From an uncultured Verrucomicrobiae bacterium (lineage in GTDB: Bacteria; Verrucomicrobiota; Verrucomicrobiia; Chthoniobacterales; JAFAMB01), in contig CAVXLD010000004.1 of NCBI GenBank assembly GCA_963762565.1, forward strand, positions 32,001 through 96,000: 64,000 bases of DNA. The letters run 5' to 3'. The notes beneath the pieces were generated by a model. The model did no database searches and was not told the DNA's origin. It was given only the letters and a program-made list of their open reading frames with translations. A program made the position numbers and the translations under genes. Every line of letters begins with the position of its first letter. Position 1 is the stretch's first letter. Positions 51,533 through 60,853 of the stretch are shown here, in pieces.

Positions 51533-51772
51533 GGGAGGGCGCGCAGCTTGTCCGACGTAGCCTCTGGTCTTTTGCTTGTTCGCGGCTCTGGTGGGCGAAG
51601 TCGGATCCTCGCGCGCTGTGTTCGGGTCTGCAACTCCTGCCCTCAGCAAACCCTGACCAGCGGAACACGCGCGGCTTCGAAAAGAACGGATCGCGAGGAT
51701 CCGACGTCGCCAATCCTGGGGAAGAGCAAGCCAGCAACAGACGGCTATGTCGGACAGGCAGCGATCCCTCCC
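51533..51772 (+). repeat. Family B element B6 with family C inserts in both hairpins (51547-51605 and 51700-51758)
   Basis: GGGAGGGCGCGCAG[CTTGTCCGAC...GTCGGA]TCCTCGCGCGC ... GGATCGCGAGGA[TCCGAC...GTCGGACAGG]CAGCGATCCCTCCC. Confidence 0.88.
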
Positions 51773-51787
51773 AATGTTCCCCCTTAA

Positions 51788-53443
51788 TCATTTCGGCGCA
51801 GCACCGTTCTCTTCCGTGGCTAAATCGATGTATTTGTAGTTGTGAGCATCCAAAGCAAGTGGATTCCAATTCTTCACGCTCGGATCCATCAAGTAAAATC
51901 GTGTGAGCCAGTAGACCAGAACCGCCGGTGGTTCGCTCAGGAGGAGCCGTTCCGCATCATGGAGGATATCGAAGCGCTTTTTTGGATCACCGGTATGGGC
52001 CGATTCGTCCAATAGCTGGTCATAGTCGAGATCTGCCCAGTGAGTATTGTTGTTGCCGTTCCCCGTCGTCCATATTCCCAGGAAGGTTATTGGATCCATG
52101 AAGTCGCCAATCCACGAGTAGCGGCCAATATCGTAATTCATGGCATCCTCCGTATCCTGCAAAACTTTCCACTCCTGATTCTCGATATCGACGTCAATAT
52201 TCAATTCTTGTTTCCACATTTGCTGGATCGCCTCCGTAATTGCCCGAACGGATTGGTTGCTATTTATCAAGATTCGGAATTTTGGAAACCCTCGTCCATT
52301 GGCGTAGCCTGCCTGCGCCAACAACTGTCGGGCTCGATCTGGATCATAATGGATGAGATCGAGAGCTTCATAATCTCCGAGTCCCGGTGGCGTGACGCCA
52401 GTCGCCGGCAGTTGTTTGGCCCGCAGAATATTTCTGACGATTGCGTCACGGTCGACCGCAAGGTTTAACGCCAGACGAACTTTGGGGTCATCCAGTGGCT
52501 TACGCTCAACGTTAAGACGATAGTAATAAACAGCTTCATAGGGATCAATCCGAATCAATTCTGGATGTTCCCGCCGGTAATAGGGAACTTTGTCCAGCGG
52601 TACTGAACTGGTCTTATGCAACTGTCCCGCTCGAAAGGCGCGCTCCTCCGTATCGACATTCTCAATTGAATAGAAGTTGATCCCGATCAACTTGACGTTC
52701 TCGGCGTCCCAATAATAGGGGTTCCGCACCATTTCAATCACGTCATTCTGACGCCAGGTCTTCAAAACAAATGGACCGGTCCCAACGTAATTGCCCGGCT
52801 CGGTCCACTTCGTATCCCGTTCGTCGATTCTGCCATATTTCAGGACGGTTGGAATGTGGACCGGGAACCAATATTGATTGACCAAAACAGAGAGGAAATA
52901 GGGGGTTGGTCCAACCAAGTCGATTCGCAAAGTACGGTCATCGTCGGCGTGTACCCCAACTTCATCGAAGTCTTTTAGCTTCCCGCCATAATAGTCTTTG
53001 GCTCCCTTCATAATAAAAAGGGAATCGACATAAGGTGAGCCCAAGCCGGCGGTTAGAATCCGTTGGTAAGAAGCGACGAAATCGTGCGCTGTGACCGGGT
53101 CGCCGTTTGACCATTTCGCATTCTCCCGGATGTGAAAAAACCAGGCCGAATAATCTTGGTTGTGTTCCCAGTGATCCGACAATCCGGGGGTCTGTTTCGA
53201 CTGATCGTATTCATCAAGTTCAACCAACCCGCTCATCAAAGCGTTGACGATGTGATAATCGCTCGCCGACTGCATGAGTTGAGGATCGAGCGTCCGCGGT
53301 TCTGTGCCTTCGCTGATGAGAAGGATCTTATGCCGGTTTGCTTCTTGCAGCGTCTTGCTAGACCCAAACGCCTCTAGACCAAAGCCTACAAACAACCAAA
53401 AAAAGCCGCACCCCCACGCAAAGGGAGATAGTGGCTTTATCAT
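51788..53443 (-). CDS. oppA: Oligopeptide ABC transporter substrate-binding protein
   Basis: EPRTLDP, AKWSNGDPVTA, GTGPF, WIGDFMDP. Start ATG 53443 after AAGGA. Confidence 0.9.
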   Translation of the reverse strand: MIKPLSPFAWGCGFFWLFVGFGLEAFGSSKTLQEANRHKILLISEGTEPRTLDPQLMQSASDYHIVNALMSGLVELDEYDQSKQTPGLSDHWEHNQDYSAWFFHIRENAKWSNGDPVTAHDFVASYQRILTAGLGSPYVDSLFIMKGAKDYYGGKLKDFDEVGVHADDDRTLRIDLVGPTPYFLSVLVNQYWFPVHIPTVLKYGRIDERDTKWTEPGNYVGTGPFVLKTWRQNDVIEMVRNPYYWDAENVKLIGINFYSIENVDTEERAFRAGQLHKTSSVPLDKVPYYRREHPELIRIDPYEAVYYYRLNVERKPLDDPKVRLALNLAVDRDAIVRNILRAKQLPATGVTPPGLGDYEALDLIHYDPDRARQLLAQAGYANGRGFPKFRILINSNQSVRAITEAIQQMWKQELNIDVDIENQEWKVLQDTEDAMNYDIGRYSWIGDFMDPITFLGIWTTGNGNNNTHWADLDYDQLLDESAHTGDPKKRFDILHDAERLLLSEPPAVLVYWLTRFYLMDPSVKNWNPLALDAHNYKYIDLATEENGAAPK

Positions 53444-53451
53444 ATTGTCCT

Positions 53452-55269
53452 TTATTTCGGCGCAGCAGTGCCCTCTTCCGTTTCCAAGTCGAGGTACTTG
53501 AAATTGTGAACGTCCAGAGCCAGCGGATTCCAGTTTTTCACGCTCGGATCGAGTAGATAAACCCGCGTATACCAGTAAATACAAACAACGGGCGGCTCGC
53601 TTAAAAACAACCGTTCTGCATCATGGAGAACATCAAAACGTTTCTGCGGGTCACTGGTATGCGCGGCTTGGTCTATGAGCTGATCATAGGTTGAATTGCT
53701 CCAGCCCGTAGCATTGTTGGCGTTCCCGGTTGTCCATATATTCAGAAACGTGGCCGGATCCATGAAGTCGCCGATCCAGCCGCCCCGGATAATGTCATAA
53801 TTCATCGAATTCTGACTTTGCAGATACACTTTCCATTCCTGATTTTCGATGCCGACATCAATGTTCAATTCTTGCTTCCACATCTGTTGGATCGCCTCCG
53901 CGATCACCCGATGGGCTTCGTGGGTATTGATCAGGATGTTGAACTTCGGAAAACCCTTGCCGTTCGGATAGCCGGCTTCTGCCAGCAATTGCCGGGCTCG
54001 CTCCGGGTCATAATGAATCACATCGAGCGGCTCATAACCATCCATTCCCGGCGGCACTAAACCAGCCTCGGGGCGCTGCTTGGCCCTGGTAATGTTGGTC
54101 ACAATCGCCTCCCGGTTTACTGCGAAATTCAGCGCCAATCGAACCTTAGGATTATCCAATGGCTTTCGGTTAGTATTCAGACGGTAAAAGTAGTCGGCTA
54201 CGAAAGGATCGATCCGAATCAGCTCGGGATGTTCCCGCCGGTAATAAGGAATCCGATCTAACGGAACGTCCAAGGTCTTGTGCAGTTGTCCGGCCTCGAA
54301 TGCTCGCTCTGCGGTATCGGAATTCTCGATCGAATAAAAGTTGATCCCGTTCAATTTGACGGTCGTTGCATCCCAGTAAAGCGGGTTACGCACGACTTCG
54401 ATCACATCATTTTGGCGCCAGATCTTTAATTTAAAAGGCCCTGTTCCCACGTAGTTGCTGGGCAAGGTCCACTTGGTACCGCGCTCATCCATCCTACCGA
54501 ACTTGAGGATTGTCGGCATATGAACTGGAAACCAGCAGGGGTACAGAATTGCGGATAACAAATACGGCGTTGGTCCGATCAGTTCTATCTTGAGCGTGTG
54601 AGGATCCTCAGCGTGAACGCCGACCTGATCAAAGTCGGTTAATTTTTGATCGTAGTAATCCTTCGCGCCCTTAATGATGAACAGGGCTTCGGAATATACT
54701 GCGCCTAAACTCGCTGTCAGAATACGCCGGTAAGAATCGACAAAGTCCTGCGCGGTTACCGGATCCCCGTTTGACCACTTCGCATTCTCGCGAATATGGA
54801 ATGTCCATAAGGAATAATCTTCATTGTGATCCCAATGATCGGCCAAACCAGGCACCACCTTCGCTTGATCGTATTCATCGTTCTCAACCAGGCCGTCCAT
54901 CAATGAATTGATGATTTCGTCTTCAGTCTGGCCTTGGCAAATTTGTGGATCCAGAGTTTGCGGCTCCGATATCTCATTGATGAGCAGGATCTTGTGCCGG
55001 TTTGCTTCTTCTAGAGTCCGGCTCATGGCGAATAGAGAAGAAGCAGGGGCAAGGAAGAGACAAACGGCGGTGAGTAAAGCGGCGTGTCGAAGCCGAGCCC
55101 CGGGAGGGATCGCGTCCCCGCGATCCGTTGTCACCGAAGCCCAGCGCGTTTTGTTACCATGGACGAAAATATGGCCCTGAGTTAGAACACGTTCTCGCGG
55201 CGCGCGGGGACGCGCGCCCTCCCCTGCAATGGGTCTCGATTCATTACAAGGGCTAGGACCAAACTTCAT
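53452..55269 (-). CDS. oppA: Oligopeptide ABC transporter substrate-binding protein, tandem paralog, with repeat B7 in frame in the N-terminus
   Basis: Same motifs; ATG at 55269 overlaps the upstream peptidase stop (TGATG). Confidence 0.88.
   Translation of the reverse strand: MKFGPSPCNESRPIAGEGARPRAPRERVLTQGHIFVHGNKTRWASVTTDRGDAIPPGARLRHAALLTAVCLFLAPASSLFAMSRTLEEANRHKILLINEISEPQTLDPQICQGQTEDEIINSLMDGLVENDEYDQAKVVPGLADHWDHNEDYSLWTFHIRENAKWSNGDPVTAQDFVDSYRRILTASLGAVYSEALFIIKGAKDYYDQKLTDFDQVGVHAEDPHTLKIELIGPTPYLLSAILYPCWFPVHMPTILKFGRMDERGTKWTLPSNYVGTGPFKLKIWRQNDVIEVVRNPLYWDATTVKLNGINFYSIENSDTAERAFEAGQLHKTLDVPLDRIPYYRREHPELIRIDPFVADYFYRLNTNRKPLDNPKVRLALNFAVNREAIVTNITRAKQRPEAGLVPPGMDGYEPLDVIHYDPERARQLLAEAGYPNGKGFPKFNILINTHEAHRVIAEAIQQMWKQELNIDVGIENQEWKVYLQSQNSMNYDIIRGGWIGDFMDPATFLNIWTTGNANNATGWSNSTYDQLIDQAAHTSDPQKRFDVLHDAERLFLSEPPVVCIYWYTRVYLLDPSVKNWNPLALDVHNFKYLDLETEEGTAAPK
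55102..55223 (-). repeat. Family B element B7 inside the 5' end of the oppA ORF
   Basis: Both terminal hairpins intact; translates as GEGARPRAP...TTDRGDAIPPG. Confidence 0.88.
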
Positions 55270-57389
55270 CACATTGTCCCTGACTCAATGCCAACCTTCT
55301 TTAGAAAAGGTTGCAATGATTGTTTGCGACCTAGAAAACGCTGGACAGATTCGGATACATCCCGCGAATTCCCGACTGCATAAATATCATCGCGTAACCG
55401 GCGTCCGACGGTGGGATCAAGAAATCCGTCTGGAGCCTTTTGAAAAACGGATGCCATATCCGCCGCGATTGCGTCCGCCCAGGCGTATCCGTAGTAACCG
55501 GCATCATAGCCGTCAAAAAGATGTCCGAACGACGCGAGCATGGCACTGCTGGGATCCCCCGGGAAGAATACGTCATCTAGAACCGAATTGGCGTAGCCGT
55601 TAAGATTCGCCTTCTGCTCCGCCGTCAGAGGCATATGCAGTTTCAGATCCATGATAGCAAAAGAAAGCTGACGACGATACCAGGAGGCCTTGGTAGCGAG
55701 ATCCGCTTCTTTCAGCTTTGACAAGATCTCGGCCGGAATCTTTTTGCTGGGATCTCGATAATCTGCGGCGAAACTATCCAATACGTTCTTATCCCAGGTG
55801 AAGTATTCCAACATCTGGGACGGCGCCTCAACGAAATCCTGAGGTACATTCAGCCCGGAAAAACTCGAATAATCCACCGTAGTGAGGATCGCATGCATGG
55901 CATGACCGAATTCGTGAAAGATGGTGGTTACTTCCTGATGATCCAACAAGGATGGCGCGTCCGCGGACGGCGACGGGAAATTGCAGATCAGCTCAGCTGT
56001 CGGTCGCTGATATTTTCCGTCGGCCAGAAGTTTGCCGTCGATCCCGGAAAAGGTAGCAAAATGGTTATACTTTCCGGGTCTCGGGAATAGGTCCATGTAC
56101 AGCAGCCCAAGCGGTTGGCTGGTGGCCGCATCAATAATGGCGTAGAGCTTCAGGTCATCCACATATTTTGCCGGTGACTCCAACGGTTCGATCTTGATCC
56201 CAAAGATCCTTTCATACACCGTGAACATTCCCTGCAGAACCCGATCCATGGGGAAATAGACTCGCAAAGCTTCCTCATCGATCGCGTATTTTTGCTTCTC
56301 GAGCTGATTCGAGACAAAGTACCAATCCCAAAGGTTCACCTCCGGATTGGTGGAGCCGGGGAATCCTGCCTTTATCTTCTTAAACTCTGCTATTTCCTCG
56401 TCGTATTTTGGCTGAAGACCCGACTTGAGTCTTTCCAGGAAATCCAAAGCGTTGCTCCCTGATTTAGCCATTCTGGTCTCAGTCTGATAATCCGCCCAAG
56501 ACTGGTAGCCGAGGAGCGTTGCCAGTTGTGCCCGCAAAGAAATGACTCGCGCCGCAATCGGGAGATTCTTGTCTTTAGCCCGGGTGTCTCGCGCGATTTG
56601 TAGTTTTTTGCGTGTCTCTTCTTTGACGCAATTCGAAGCGACCGTCATAAACTCCGGCGCAACATTCGCATCGACAGTATATTGATCGTCGCCGGTTTTT
56701 ACCTGAGCAAGGAAGTTATCCGGCACTCCATCCAAATCATTTTTCGAAAACGTTAGTTTGGCGCTGGCATTATTGCTGTTAACCGCAAAATGCGTATCCC
56801 AAAACGCGATTTGTTTCCGTAAGCCTTCGACCTCTTTCCGTTTCGTTTCGTCGAGCGTTAATCCAGCTCGTTTATAGTCCCGCAACGTAAAGTCTAACAG
56901 ACGCTGTTCTACCGGCTTAAGCTGCGGTTTGGTGTCGGCAAATGCACGAACCGATTGATAGACGTCTTCACGATAGTCGATCCCAACCACAAACTCGTTT
57001 AGCTTCTGGACGGCGTCGATGGCCGCAGCCCGCATCTTAGGGTCGGGATGCGCCTGCTCGATAATATCGAGCCGGTGATGAACGGTCTGCAGCTCGAACG
57101 TCACGTCATCCAGGGCTCGAATTGTATTCTCGAAAGTAAGCTGGCCGGCGGTAAGCTTGCCGATATCGTCCAATTTTTTATTGGCAGACGCGACCGCCGC
57201 ATCGGCGTCGGCGGCGATTTGCTCCGGCGTGGTTTCCCAGTTCAGAGGGGTAAGTAACGTGTTAAACTTGGCCGCTTGTTCCTGAAGCTCAGCCAGGATT
57301 GGCTGGGCCTTCTGTGGATTGTGGTCCGACTGGGCAATGCTGATTAAGGGGAACAGCAGGGTCGCAAATGCGCTAAGGCTGGATTTCAT
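55269..57389 (-). CDS. M3 family metallopeptidase (thimet oligopeptidase-like), with signal peptide
   Basis: DLFPRPGKYNH, FHEFGHAMH (HEXXH), DFVEAPSQMLE, YDAGYYGY. Start ATG 57389. Confidence 0.93.
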   Translation of the reverse strand: MKSSLSAFATLLFPLISIAQSDHNPQKAQPILAELQEQAAKFNTLLTPLNWETTPEQIAADADAAVASANKKLDDIGKLTAGQLTFENTIRALDDVTFELQTVHHRLDIIEQAHPDPKMRAAAIDAVQKLNEFVVGIDYREDVYQSVRAFADTKPQLKPVEQRLLDFTLRDYKRAGLTLDETKRKEVEGLRKQIAFWDTHFAVNSNNASAKLTFSKNDLDGVPDNFLAQVKTGDDQYTVDANVAPEFMTVASNCVKEETRKKLQIARDTRAKDKNLPIAARVISLRAQLATLLGYQSWADYQTETRMAKSGSNALDFLERLKSGLQPKYDEEIAEFKKIKAGFPGSTNPEVNLWDWYFVSNQLEKQKYAIDEEALRVYFPMDRVLQGMFTVYERIFGIKIEPLESPAKYVDDLKLYAIIDAATSQPLGLLYMDLFPRPGKYNHFATFSGIDGKLLADGKYQRPTAELICNFPSPSADAPSLLDHQEVTTIFHEFGHAMHAILTTVDYSSFSGLNVPQDFVEAPSQMLEYFTWDKNVLDSFAADYRDPSKKIPAEILSKLKEADLATKASWYRRQLSFAIMDLKLHMPLTAEQKANLNGYANSVLDDVFFPGDPSSAMLASFGHLFDGYDAGYYGYAWADAIAADMASVFQKAPDGFLDPTVGRRLRDDIYAVGNSRDVSESVQRFLGRKQSLQPFLKKVGIESGTM

Positions 57390-57503
57390 ATGAGATCCGA
57401 TCGAGAGGGGCGGCATCGATGGGATGCCAAATATGGAAGGGGTCGGGTAGGTTGTAAAGGATTGGTAAGGGGAGGCGCAAGACCCCGGGGCGTGGCCGAT
57501 TTT

Positions 57504-57598
57504 GGTGGGGCGAGGCTCCCGAACGACCGAAATAGTTTCACAGAGGGACACGCTACCCCCTGATACCGCCTTCGGTGGTTCGGGACCCTCGCCCCACC
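57504..57598. repeat. Shortened family A element (A9), outer arms only
   Basis: GGTGGGGCGAGGCTCCCGAACGACCGAA ... TTCGGTGGTTCGGGACCCTCGCCCCACC. Confidence 0.78.
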
Positions 57599-57627
57599 AA
57601 ATGGGGCCTAGCCCCAGGCACACCGAC

Positions 57628-58389
57628 CTACCCTTTGCCCGGCGAACGAGAGAGTTTCTGGATCGCGTCACGCAGTTCAGCCGCCCGTTCGTAAGCCTCA
57701 TCTGCAATCGCGCGTTCCAAATCTCTTTCCATCAATTCCAACGGACTTAATGGAAGGTTCGCTTTAACCTCGGACAGCCATTCATTCAAAAAGGCAAGCT
57801 CCGAGCTGGTTTCGATCCATTCTGGCTGGCTGATTGATCGGTAGAAATTTTCGATCTGTTGAATCCCGCTCTCAATGACCCGGATCGCTTGTCCGACTCG
57901 TCCACCCTGGACCTCAATCGATGCCCGAGCCCGCGTATTCATCATCACGATGTAGGGACGAAATTGTTCGAATGCCCATCTGGATTCCTCTTCTCGAACA
58001 TGATTCGTCACAAAATCGCACACTTCGATATTTCGATCGGTATCCCGGACAACGTTCGGATAATCCTGCAACTGAAAAAGACTCAAGTAACGATGATAAT
58101 ACTGCACTGCCTCCTGCTGTAGGGCGACAAGATCGCCATCACCCAGCTCATACGTGGTACCCCGAGTCTGCGCCATACTGGCTCGCGACTGGTGGTATTG
58201 GAGCAACGATTCATATCCGAACGGTCGCTCGCCGTCCGGTCGACCCTGCAATTCCATCTGGATAAGGCCGAGATCAATCCGAAGCTGCAGCTTTTCACGT
58301 CCATCGTTCCCCACGATCTTACGCGCTTTCACCTGTCCGGGTTCATGCGACCACCCGTCCAACAAGTTGTTCAAGTCCAGATTGCTCAC
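57628..58389 (-). CDS. UvrB/UvrC motif-containing protein
   Basis: C-terminal LERAIADEAYERAAELRD UVR motif; N-terminal LQLRIDLGLIQME..GRPDG. Start probably GTG 58389. Confidence 0.8.
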   Translation of the reverse strand: MSNLDLNNLLDGWSHEPGQVKARKIVGNDGREKLQLRIDLGLIQMELQGRPDGERPFGYESLLQYHQSRASMAQTRGTTYELGDGDLVALQQEAVQYYHRYLSLFQLQDYPNVVRDTDRNIEVCDFVTNHVREEESRWAFEQFRPYIVMMNTRARASIEVQGGRVGQAIRVIESGIQQIENFYRSISQPEWIETSSELAFLNEWLSEVKANLPLSPLELMERDLERAIADEAYERAAELRDAIQKLSRSPGKG

Positions 58390-58443
58390 TCCCGCGGAAT
58401 ATCGAAGTAGGTTGGGAAATGTCAAAAGGGGGAAACGGGAGGA

Positions 58444-58744
58444 GCCAGGAGCTAGAATCTAGGAGGGCGTGCGGCGTGAAACGCCCGGTAGGGCGAGGCT
58501 CCCGAATAGCCAATCGGTTTAGCCGAAGCATTTCTGTAGCACGCAGCCCCGCCGCAGTGTTACGCCGTGAAACGCGCCGAGCCGTGGTATACCGTGGGCC
58601 ACGGCTCGGCGCGTCTTTAGACCTTGCACATTGACCTCTTGCCGTCTGTGCGGTTTACCCTTGGTGAATCGCACAGCTTTTCGGGAGCCTCGCCCCACCA
58701 AATTGGGGACCACACGCCCTCCTAGCTCCTAGATTCTAGCTCCT
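58444..58744. repeat. Family A doublet A10 (58487-58699) nested in a CTAGGAG/CTCCTAG heptamer palindrome
   Basis: AGGAGCTAGAATCTAGGAGGGCGTG ... CACGCCCTCCTAGCTCCTAGATTCTAGCTCCT surrounds a full doublet. Confidence 0.87.
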
Positions 58745-58807
58745 CTCACCGAGCCAACCACTCCGAGAAACGAAGTGGCGGCTCCGTGGTTACCAACACC
58801 CAGCGCC

Positions 58808-60490
58808 CTAGAACAGCGGCTGTGTGCCTTCGATTTGGACGGCCTGCAGCTCACTTGGGTTTAGCCCGAGCAGCTCCAGGATCGTCGGGGCGATCTGCGT
58901 GGTCTCAACCGGCGTTGTGACATTCGAACCAGCAATCGCTCCCGGCCATGCCACCAGGATCGGCACGTTTCGATCCTCTAGGTGATCACCGCCGTGTTCG
59001 GCGATCTTGCCCTTACCCCCCGTAAAAACAACTCCGTACTGAGCCAGACCGATCACGTCAGGGACTCGAGGATCCATCTGATCGACCCCGATAAGCTCGG
59101 CTGCAGCTTGGCCGGTATAGATTTGTGACAGGCCCGCAGACTTGACGGGCTTACCATCTACACTCGCCGAGGAATCGTTGTATTTAGTAAGGAACTGTTT
59201 CGCAAAATCGGTTGCGGCCGCAGACCGATCGTTGAGCCAGAGCAACATCCCGTCATCATCGGTCCCGAGTGCAACCAAGGGTTTCGCGGCGCCATGCGAT
59301 TTAGCCCAGGCAGCGTTCATCGCGCTGATAATTTGGCTGTCGCTGATCCGGTTAAGCGCAGCAACATTCATCGGGCACTGTCCGTGTTTAGCCGAAAAAA
59401 TGATCGCGGTGTCGCTGAGGATTCCCTGGCTGGTGAGGGCGCTCACCATCTCGCCCAGAGATTTGTCAACGAAATCGAGCGCGTTGGTTAACACAACCCC
59501 AGGAGTAAAACCATCAGCCAGATACCCGCCCTGGGCGTTCCCCGACGGATCGCCTTCGGTTGGAGAAGTCGGCAACTTCTGACCGGTTGAAACCGTCTGG
59601 AAGTTCATGCCAAAGATCGCCGGAGTACCAGGATTGCCCGTACCGTCGTGGGAATGCCCATTGATCCAGTTAACGACGGCCTCCACCTTGTAGTTGTCAT
59701 ACTGCTGAGTGAAAAGATTGTTCGTTGTCCAATCGTTCGCGTTTGGATCGATCGGATCGGTCTTGATGGCGCTGCTATTAATCTCGGGCGTAAAGTAGTC
59801 ATCGACACCTTGGCCGGACGGTCCTGACAGGATCATGTAGGCCGGGTGTTTATCAGACCACGCCGTCAACAAGTTGTGGGCATGGGCTACCTCGAAGACG
59901 GTGTTTACCTGCAGATACGTGTTGGGGTAGATCGGCAGACAGGTCGAAGGATTAAAGATCAGATTCGCGCGATTGATCACCAACAGGGGATTGCCGGTCA
60001 TCTCAAGAATGTTAGCCCAAGGGTTTTTTCCCGGGGCAGGCACGAGGCCCTGACCGGCGTCGAGCGCGCCCTTGTTGATGTCTAGAGCTTCGAAGTAGGT
60101 CACTTCACCGCCAGGCACCGGTCCGCTACAATTGGTGGTTCCTGCCGGGAACACCGCGTGGTTCCAGGTGTCATCATAATAGATACCGGTGGTACGAGGG
60201 TTACCTCCAGTGAGCTGCCCTACCATTCCCGGGAACGAATCTGAAGGGAAGGGCGTGCTGGCGTTGGAGAAATCGACGCCTTGAGCCATCAGCGCCGCTA
60301 ACGTGGATTTGGGATGGGTCTCGACGTACCAAGCCAAATCAGATTGATGCATCCCATCAATCGATATCAGCAGTACATGGCTGACCGTGGAGACGTTGTT
60401 GCTGTTAATGCTTCCCGCTGTCGCCGGAAGCGCCAACAGAATACTGGCGGCTATACCGCCGAGCGTTGCAGTTGTCGTCCTATAATTCAT
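58808..60490 (-). CDS. Alkaline phosphatase superfamily protein (type I phosphodiesterase/nucleotide pyrophosphatase), exported
   Basis: LLISIDGMH, PSDSFPG, FSAKHG, AEHGG; signal peptide. Confidence 0.87.
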   Translation of the reverse strand: MNYRTTTATLGGIAASILLALPATAGSINSNNVSTVSHVLLISIDGMHQSDLAWYVETHPKSTLAALMAQGVDFSNASTPFPSDSFPGMVGQLTGGNPRTTGIYYDDTWNHAVFPAGTTNCSGPVPGGEVTYFEALDINKGALDAGQGLVPAPGKNPWANILEMTGNPLLVINRANLIFNPSTCLPIYPNTYLQVNTVFEVAHAHNLLTAWSDKHPAYMILSGPSGQGVDDYFTPEINSSAIKTDPIDPNANDWTTNNLFTQQYDNYKVEAVVNWINGHSHDGTGNPGTPAIFGMNFQTVSTGQKLPTSPTEGDPSGNAQGGYLADGFTPGVVLTNALDFVDKSLGEMVSALTSQGILSDTAIIFSAKHGQCPMNVAALNRISDSQIISAMNAAWAKSHGAAKPLVALGTDDDGMLLWLNDRSAAATDFAKQFLTKYNDSSASVDGKPVKSAGLSQIYTGQAAAELIGVDQMDPRVPDVIGLAQYGVVFTGGKGKIAEHGGDHLEDRNVPILVAWPGAIAGSNVTTPVETTQIAPTILELLGLNPSELQAVQIEGTQPLF

Positions 60491-60853
60491 CTTTTTCTAG
60501 GTTTCTTCTGCGCACCCGTGTGCTGTGATGAGCCACCTCCTTTCCGGTTGAGGTGTTACTAACCCGAAGGGAGGTGAGCTTCCCGGCGAGGTAAGCAAAC
60601 CAGACCGCGGGGAGACAACGAGTTCAATGTAACGAAATGGTCATCGAAAACGTGCCACCTGCCGGGGAGAAGATGCTCGAAGAACGCGCCGTAGTAACGG
60701 CCCGGGCAAGGGAAGGCGCGCGTCCCCGCGCGCCGAGTTGTTCCGCTTATTTCGAAGTAATCAGTAATCAGTGTCCGCCGTGGCTCGGCTCGGATCAGAA
60801 CTGCTTACCGCTTACCGCTTACTGCTCACTTCGGGAACAAGGGCTGCGAGCGA

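Noticed and set aside
57628..58389. uvrB or uvrC gene
   Set aside because: Only the short UVR coiled-coil motif is present; no helicase or GIY-YIG domain.
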